Assembly: GCF_002945325.1 (NCBI RefSeq)
Contig: NZ_CP026606.1
Span: 1,230,001 to 1,262,000, forward strand
Reading direction: 5' to 3'
Origin: Methanococcus maripaludis
Lineage (GTDB): Archaea; AGJL01; Methanococci; Methanococcales; Methanococcaceae
Length of the DNA: 32,000 nt
Shown: positions 27,842-32,000 of the stretch, piece by piece
Layout of the letters: each line of letters opens with the position of its first letter
Numbering within the stretch: position 1 is the first letter of the stretch
Translations under genes and position numbers: made by a program
Notes under the pieces: model-generated
Seen by the model: the letters and a program-made list of their open reading frames with translations, nothing else
Told to the model about the DNA's origin: nothing
The model's database searches: none

Positions 27842-29035
27842 ATGGATGATTTTAAACGTATTTTAATTACAAAAATATTAAAAAACGAAGTAACAGAAGC
27901 TTTAGGCTGTACTGAAGTCGGATTGATTGGTTATGCAGTTTCACTATGTAATATTTCAGACCCATTTTCAATTGATAAAATCGAACTTACACTAAATAAC
28001 GGCTCTTTTAAAAACGTATACGCTGTCGGAGTTCCAAATACTAAAAAATATGGAATATTGCCTGCAGTTGTTGGCGGACTTTTGGGAAATTATAAAAACA
28101 AACTATTGGTTTTTAATGGTATAAATTACAGCCAAAAGTTAGAGGATTTTATTAAAGAACGACTTAAAATAAGCGTAACTAATGGCCCACTTTATTGTGC
28201 TGTAAAACTTAAAGATAATTCTGGGAATACTTTTGAATCGTTAATTAAAGACAATCATTTAAACGTTTTAATTCCAAAAATTAACAATGAACCTATGAAT
28301 TCTGAGATAACTGGTTCTGAAAAAGAAAAATACAAAAATCTTGAACTGTTAGATTTTTTAGACTATCTTGATGAAATTCCAGAAGAAATTATTCAATTGA
28401 TTGAAAAAACAATTTATACAAATAATAATTTAATCAAAGGCGATTTTTTAAATTATGGAAACGATTGTCTGTCAAATATGGTAAATAAAACAACTTCTGC
28501 ATGCAACACCCGAATGATTGGTGAAAATATGCCTGCAATGAGTGTTGCAAAAAGTGGTAATATGGGCATAATGGCGACACTTCCAATAATTGCTTATGAT
28601 TGTTCAAACGAACAAAATCAGGAAAAATTAATAAAATCTATCCTTCTTTCAGTTCTTGTAACAATTTATGCAACATATAAATCGTCTTATCTTTCATCGA
28701 TGTGTGGCTGTGTAAGTAAAGGTGGAATGGGGGCAGTAATTGGACTCTGCTACTATAAAAACGGTAAAAACCTTAAAAAACTTGATAGTGCAGCAAGAAC
28801 ATTTACTGCAAATTTGCCCGGAATAATATGTGACGGCGGAAAAGTGGGATGTGCATTAAAGCTTGCATCAGGATGCTTTGCAGCGCATTCTTCTCTTTTT
28901 TTGGATATATCTTATGAAAATGGGATTGTTGGTAAAGATTTTAAAGAATGCATTGAAAATATTTCAGAGATCAGTAAAGTAATGGGGGATCTCGATTCTG
29001 ACATTGTAAAAATCATGTCCAAAAAAGAAAGTTAA
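27842..29035 (+). CDS. L-cysteine desulfidase family protein (UPF0597/CyuA/MJ1025 type)
   Basis: 397 aa. The N-terminal ALGCTEVG motif, SGNMGIMATLP and the C-terminal IICDGGKVGCALKLASG are hallmark blocks of the Fe-S L-cysteine desulfidase family. Confidence 0.8.
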   Translation: MDDFKRILITKILKNEVTEALGCTEVGLIGYAVSLCNISDPFSIDKIELTLNNGSFKNVYAVGVPNTKKYGILPAVVGGLLGNYKNKLLVFNGINYSQKLEDFIKERLKISVTNGPLYCAVKLKDNSGNTFESLIKDNHLNVLIPKINNEPMNSEITGSEKEKYKNLELLDFLDYLDEIPEEIIQLIEKTIYTNNNLIKGDFLNYGNDCLSNMVNKTTSACNTRMIGENMPAMSVAKSGNMGIMATLPIIAYDCSNEQNQEKLIKSILLSVLVTIYATYKSSYLSSMCGCVSKGGMGAVIGLCYYKNGKNLKKLDSAARTFTANLPGIICDGGKVGCALKLASGCFAAHSSLFLDISYENGIVGKDFKECIENISEISKVMGDLDSDIVKIMSKKES

Positions 29036-29048
29036 TATTTTTTCTATT

Positions 29049-29444
29049 TTATTCTTCGTTTAAAAACCAGTCCGGGGTTTCTAATAATTTATATCCTCCA
29101 AGCGGCCCAGGCTTGGTTTCAATAGTAAATTCCAGTTTTCTTAAATCATTGATTCTGTTGTGAACTGCAACCCTGCTGTCTCTATCAATATGTTTTTTTA
29201 AATATTCTCCTGAAATGTATTCTGAATTTTTAGAAAAGATTCCTTCCTTTTCAAGCGTTTTCCTCGCTTCTTTTTTAGATGTATCTTTACTCAAACTTTC
29301 GTAGATATCCATAACATCAAGAAACATGCAGATGATTTTAAAGTGTCCAAGGTCGATTTTAACATTTTTTTCAAATGCTTTTTCAAGGAAAGTCCAGAAA
29401 TCAATTTTCCTACTGTATTTAGGAATATTTATAAGATTAGACAT
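29049..29444 (-). CDS. Small protein with a C-terminal winged-helix (HTH_11/BirA-N-like) domain; putative DNA-binding regulator
   Basis: 131 aa. ISGEYLKKHIDRDSRVAVHNRINDLRKLEFTIETKPGPLGGYKLL follows the xSGExLAxxLxVSRxxVxxxIxxLxxxGxxIxxxxGxxGGYxL pattern of DeoR/BirA-type wHTH domains. The N-terminal half is uncharacterised. Confidence 0.55.
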   Translation of the reverse strand: MSNLINIPKYSRKIDFWTFLEKAFEKNVKIDLGHFKIICMFLDVMDIYESLSKDTSKKEARKTLEKEGIFSKNSEYISGEYLKKHIDRDSRVAVHNRINDLRKLEFTIETKPGPLGGYKLLETPDWFLNEE

Positions 29445-29463
29445 TCAGACACCCGATTATTGA

Positions 29464-30105
29464 TTATTTTTTTATGACATTTTTACAGCTTACTTTTCTT
29501 GCAAGTGCAACTTCACCGATTTTTATGAGTCCTGTAAAGAATTTTTCAAGTCCTCCGCAAGCCCATATTGCCTGTCCGAATGTAGAACCTTTTATTCTTC
29601 TTTCGTATTCTTCACCTGTAATTTTTTCTCCGGTAGTCTGTTTTGTAACAATTGCGGCGGCATTCATTAATTCTTCCCATGAAATTCCTTTCAATTCACC
29701 CATTAATGATTTAAAGATGCTGTGTACGGGAATATCGTATAATTTGGAAAGAGTTTTTGTAATATCGCAGTTTCTAACTATTCCAACAACCTGGCCATCA
29801 TCGTTTAAAACAGGAATGCTTATGACTTTGTATTCTACAATTTTGGTAACGGCTTCTCTTGCAGGTTCGTTTTTATTTACAACGATTACGTCTTCAATGG
29901 GACTCATAATGTCTTTTATTGGAATATTTTTATCAGAAACGATCATTAAATCAATGGCAGTTGTCCAACCAACCATTTTGCCGTCATTATCAATAATTGG
30001 TGTACTGAATTTCTTATTTTTATACATTAAGTCAATAACGGTCTGTACAGTAAAATCAGGATATATTTTAATAAATTTTTTATCCATCAAGCTTTTTACT
30101 TTCAT
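29464..30105 (-). CDS. CBS-pair domain protein with an uncharacterised C-terminal extension
   Basis: 213 aa. There are two CBS repeats (…FSTPIIDNDGKMVGWTTAIDL… and …VISIPVLNDDGQVVGIVRNCDI…) and then about 80 aa of unknown function. SD GGGGAGGGGtaat precedes the ATG. Confidence 0.75.
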   Translation of the reverse strand: MKVKSLMDKKFIKIYPDFTVQTVIDLMYKNKKFSTPIIDNDGKMVGWTTAIDLMIVSDKNIPIKDIMSPIEDVIVVNKNEPAREAVTKIVEYKVISIPVLNDDGQVVGIVRNCDITKTLSKLYDIPVHSIFKSLMGELKGISWEELMNAAAIVTKQTTGEKITGEEYERRIKGSTFGQAIWACGGLEKFFTGLIKIGEVALARKVSCKNVIKK

Positions 30106-30120
30106 ATTACCCCTCCCCGA

Positions 30121-30879
30121 CTACATATCTTTTTGTTTAATCGCTATCGCAGTTACAGGACAATTTTTCTCACATTTTCCGCAGAATATGCACATTTTAT
30201 CATCCAATTTCATTAATCCATCCTCGTAAACTATCGCACCAACGGGACATATTTCACTGCATACCATACAGTTAATGCAGGTGTCATTATTTAAAGATAT
30301 TTCATTTTCAGCCGTTATTTCGCCCATTTCGTTTTCAACTTTTATCGCCGATTTTGGACATACTTTTTCGCAAGCAGTACACCCCATGCAGAGGTCTAGA
30401 TTTATGTCAATGCTGTTTCTTTTTTCAACGGTTATTGCAGAAGTTGGACAGAATCTTTCGCAAATTCCGCATTTTATGCATGATTCTTCATCGAGTTCGT
30501 GTTTTACCAACCTTATTTTTCTATGGGTTACGTCAATTTCTTTTAATTCGTAAACTACGGTATCCTCTTCTAATTTTGCACGACCTTCTAATACATTGAT
30601 TGCACCAACGGGACATGTTTTGGCACATATTTCACATTTTACACATTTTTCAGGGATTATTTCAGCAGGGCTTTTAACGCTTGGTTCTTTTATCGCATCA
30701 ACAGGACAAACTTCGTAGCAAAGCTCGCATCTAATACATTTGTTGGATTCTACGTATAAATTCCTTTCAACAGGCACCATTAAATCCTTTAATTTTTCTT
30801 TTACAAATTTTTCATCAATTCCAAGATTTTTTGAAATATCTGAGATGATTTTTTGGACTGGTTTTTTTACGGTTATCAT
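30121..30879 (-). CDS. Polyferredoxin with six [4Fe-4S] binding motifs (energy-converting hydrogenase Eha-type polyferredoxin candidate)
   Basis: 252 aa with six CxxCxxCxxxCP motifs: CIRCELCYEVCP, CVKCEICAKTCP, CIKCGICERFCP, CMGCTACEKVCP, CINCMVCSEICP and CIFCGKCEKNCP. SD is AAAGGTGttttag. Confidence 0.8.
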   Translation of the reverse strand: MITVKKPVQKIISDISKNLGIDEKFVKEKLKDLMVPVERNLYVESNKCIRCELCYEVCPVDAIKEPSVKSPAEIIPEKCVKCEICAKTCPVGAINVLEGRAKLEEDTVVYELKEIDVTHRKIRLVKHELDEESCIKCGICERFCPTSAITVEKRNSIDINLDLCMGCTACEKVCPKSAIKVENEMGEITAENEISLNNDTCINCMVCSEICPVGAIVYEDGLMKLDDKMCIFCGKCEKNCPVTAIAIKQKDM

Positions 30880-30899
30880 CTAAAACACCTTTTTAGGTA

Positions 30900-31385
30900 T
30901 TATTCAAGTTTAATCGCTTTTGCAGGGCATATCTCTTCGCAATGTCCGCAGAGTACGCATTTATCCATATCGAAAGAAATATTATCATCAGATTCAGATA
31001 TTGCTCCAAACGGACAGTTTTTAGTACATACTAAACACATTACACATTTTTTTCGATTATAGTCTAATTTTTTACTTTTTAATCGATTTTCAATTATTAA
31101 ATTGCCCTGTTCTACCCTTACTCTAGTTTTAGTAATTTTTATCGCATCAACAGGACATGTTTCAACGCATGTGTTGCAGTAGACACATTTATTATCAATA
31201 TCTGGAACTTCTGGAAAGTTCGAGCTGATTGCAGTTACCGGACACACTTCAAGGCATCTATTGCACAATATGCAGAGTTCTGGATTTATCTCGATTTTGT
31301 TACTGATGTACTGGCTGTCAAGTTCAAATTTGATATCCAAATTATCAAAATATTTTTTAAGAATTTTCGATACCATATCAATCAT
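30900..31385 (-). CDS. Polyferredoxin with four [4Fe-4S] binding motifs
   Basis: Four CxxCxxCxxxCP motifs: CILCNRCLEVCP, CVYCNTCVETCP, CVMCLVCTKNCP and CVLCGHCEEICP. The track start at 31433 overlaps the upstream gene by 56 nt. ATG 31385 (overlapping the upstream TGA as ATGATTGA) or ATG 31376 after AGGAAGGATGA is more plausible. Confidence 0.75.
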   Translation of the reverse strand: MIDMVSKILKKYFDNLDIKFELDSQYISNKIEINPELCILCNRCLEVCPVTAISSNFPEVPDIDNKCVYCNTCVETCPVDAIKITKTRVRVEQGNLIIENRLKSKKLDYNRKKCVMCLVCTKNCPFGAISESDDNISFDMDKCVLCGHCEEICPAKAIKLE

Positions 31386-32000
31386 CCTTCCTCTTTTCAC
31401 CAATATTTTCCTCTGAAATCGACTGTTTTCCAAGATTTTTAACTTCTTCTTTTAACAATACATAATTTTTGGTGAATTCTTCAAGGTCGCTGTGCAGGAT
31501 ACTTTCAAATTCGTCTCTTATTTTTCGTTTAGAGTACAAATCTTCAGATGTTTCTGTTTTAAGATAATCAATTGCATCAACAGGACATGCATTTTGACAT
31601 AATCCGCATCTTACACAGTATTCCGGATTAATGTACGGTAAATTGGTTTCTTTAGATATTAAAATTGCTTCAGGAACATTACATGCCCTATAACAAATTC
31701 TACAGCCGATACATTTTTCTTCATCAACAATGTAGCACTCAGCAGTTCTTTTCGTAATTTTTTCAGGAACTCCGATCCTTATCGCGGTTGTTGGACACAC
31801 TTCAAGACATTTTCCGGATTTTATGCAGGATGTAACTTTAAGTCTTTCAAGGTCTATTGAACCAGGACAAACATCAACACAGTTTCCGCAACCAATACAT
31901 AAACTTGGAACGATCCTAGGAATTTCGGCTATTACGTCGCTTTCTTCTTTAAAATCACTTCCAAGTCTTTCCCGGTCAAATTTAGTATTTTGTGCAATTT
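31378..32000 (-). CDS. Polyferredoxin, C-terminal part (the gene continues beyond position 32000)
   Basis: The frame stays open upstream of the track's 31800 start to the window edge. My translation: IAQNTKFDRERLGSDFKEESDVIAEIPRIVPSLCIGCGNCVDVCPGS...SCIKSGKCLEVCPTTAI... It contains CIGCGNCVDVCP, the variant CIKSGKCLEVCP, CIGCRICYRACN and CVRCGLCQNACP, followed by a charged C-terminal tail. Confidence 0.75.
   Translation of the reverse strand, partial: IAQNTKFDRERLGSDFKEESDVIAEIPRIVPSLCIGCGNCVDVCPGSIDLERLKVTSCIKSGKCLEVCPTTAIRIGVPEKITKRTAECYIVDEEKCIGCRICYRACNVPEAILISKETNLPYINPEYCVRCGLCQNACPVDAIDYLKTETSEDLYSKRKIRDEFESILHSDLEEFTKNYVLLKEEVKNLGKQSISEENIGEKRKDD

Noticed and set aside
29474-30229. 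A 251-aa ORF on the plus strand, the longest antisense ORF in the track
   Set aside because: It lies entirely antisense to the CBS-domain gene and the end of the polyferredoxin gene. It has no SD and a low-complexity S/F/I/L/T-rich composition typical of shadow frames in AT-rich coding DNA. The minus-strand genes have clear domain motifs.
31378-31433. An apparent 56-nt overlap between two polyferredoxin genes
   Set aside because: It is an artefact of longest-ORF calling. In-frame ATGs at 31385 and 31376, next to an AGGAAGGATGA SD-like sequence, give a normal stop/start junction.
30694-31587. The 14-mer GCATCAACAGGACA recurs three times (30694-30707, 31144-31157, 31574-31587), looking like a dispersed repeat
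   Set aside because: All copies are the reverse-strand codons for the ferredoxin motif C-P-V-D-A in three polyferredoxin modules. This is coding-level conservation or module duplication, not a repeat element or CRISPR-like array.

Overview
This is an AT-rich, tightly packed archaeal chromosome segment. The gene content (PSTK, methanogen homoaconitase-type dehydratase, DacZ, CbiMNQO, MJ-family proteins, polyferredoxins) and the recurrent GGTGA-N4-6-ATG ribosome-binding pattern point to a Methanococcus, probably M. maripaludis-like, core region. That assignment is inference; no search was possible. I can support 35 protein-coding genes (two run off the window edges) and one tRNA-Val(UAC). Intergenic space is small, with every gap under about 200 nt. 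I see no transposase or integrase, no CRISPR array, no rRNA and no large unexplained non-coding block. I also see no obvious accessory or defence island, so I cannot honestly claim a clear-cut new system. Four places deserve a second look. (1) A co-oriented TmcAL-like nucleotidyltransferase / HARP (protein-only RNase P homolog) / small acidic-tailed protein / IleRS cluster sits divergent from tRNA-Val. (2) A polyferredoxin trio, probably the tail of an energy-converting hydrogenase operon, is followed by a CBS-pair protein and a small wHTH protein. (3) DacZ is tightly coupled behind a CbiA/CfbB amidase. (4) A 10-bp inverted repeat lies between the likely promoter and the SD of cbiMNQO. Many N-termini in the ORF track are over-extended into the Shine-Dalgarno GTG, and I give corrected starts where the sequence supports them. 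All product calls rest on motifs read from the translations and on recalled family knowledge. None was checked by BLAST or HMM.
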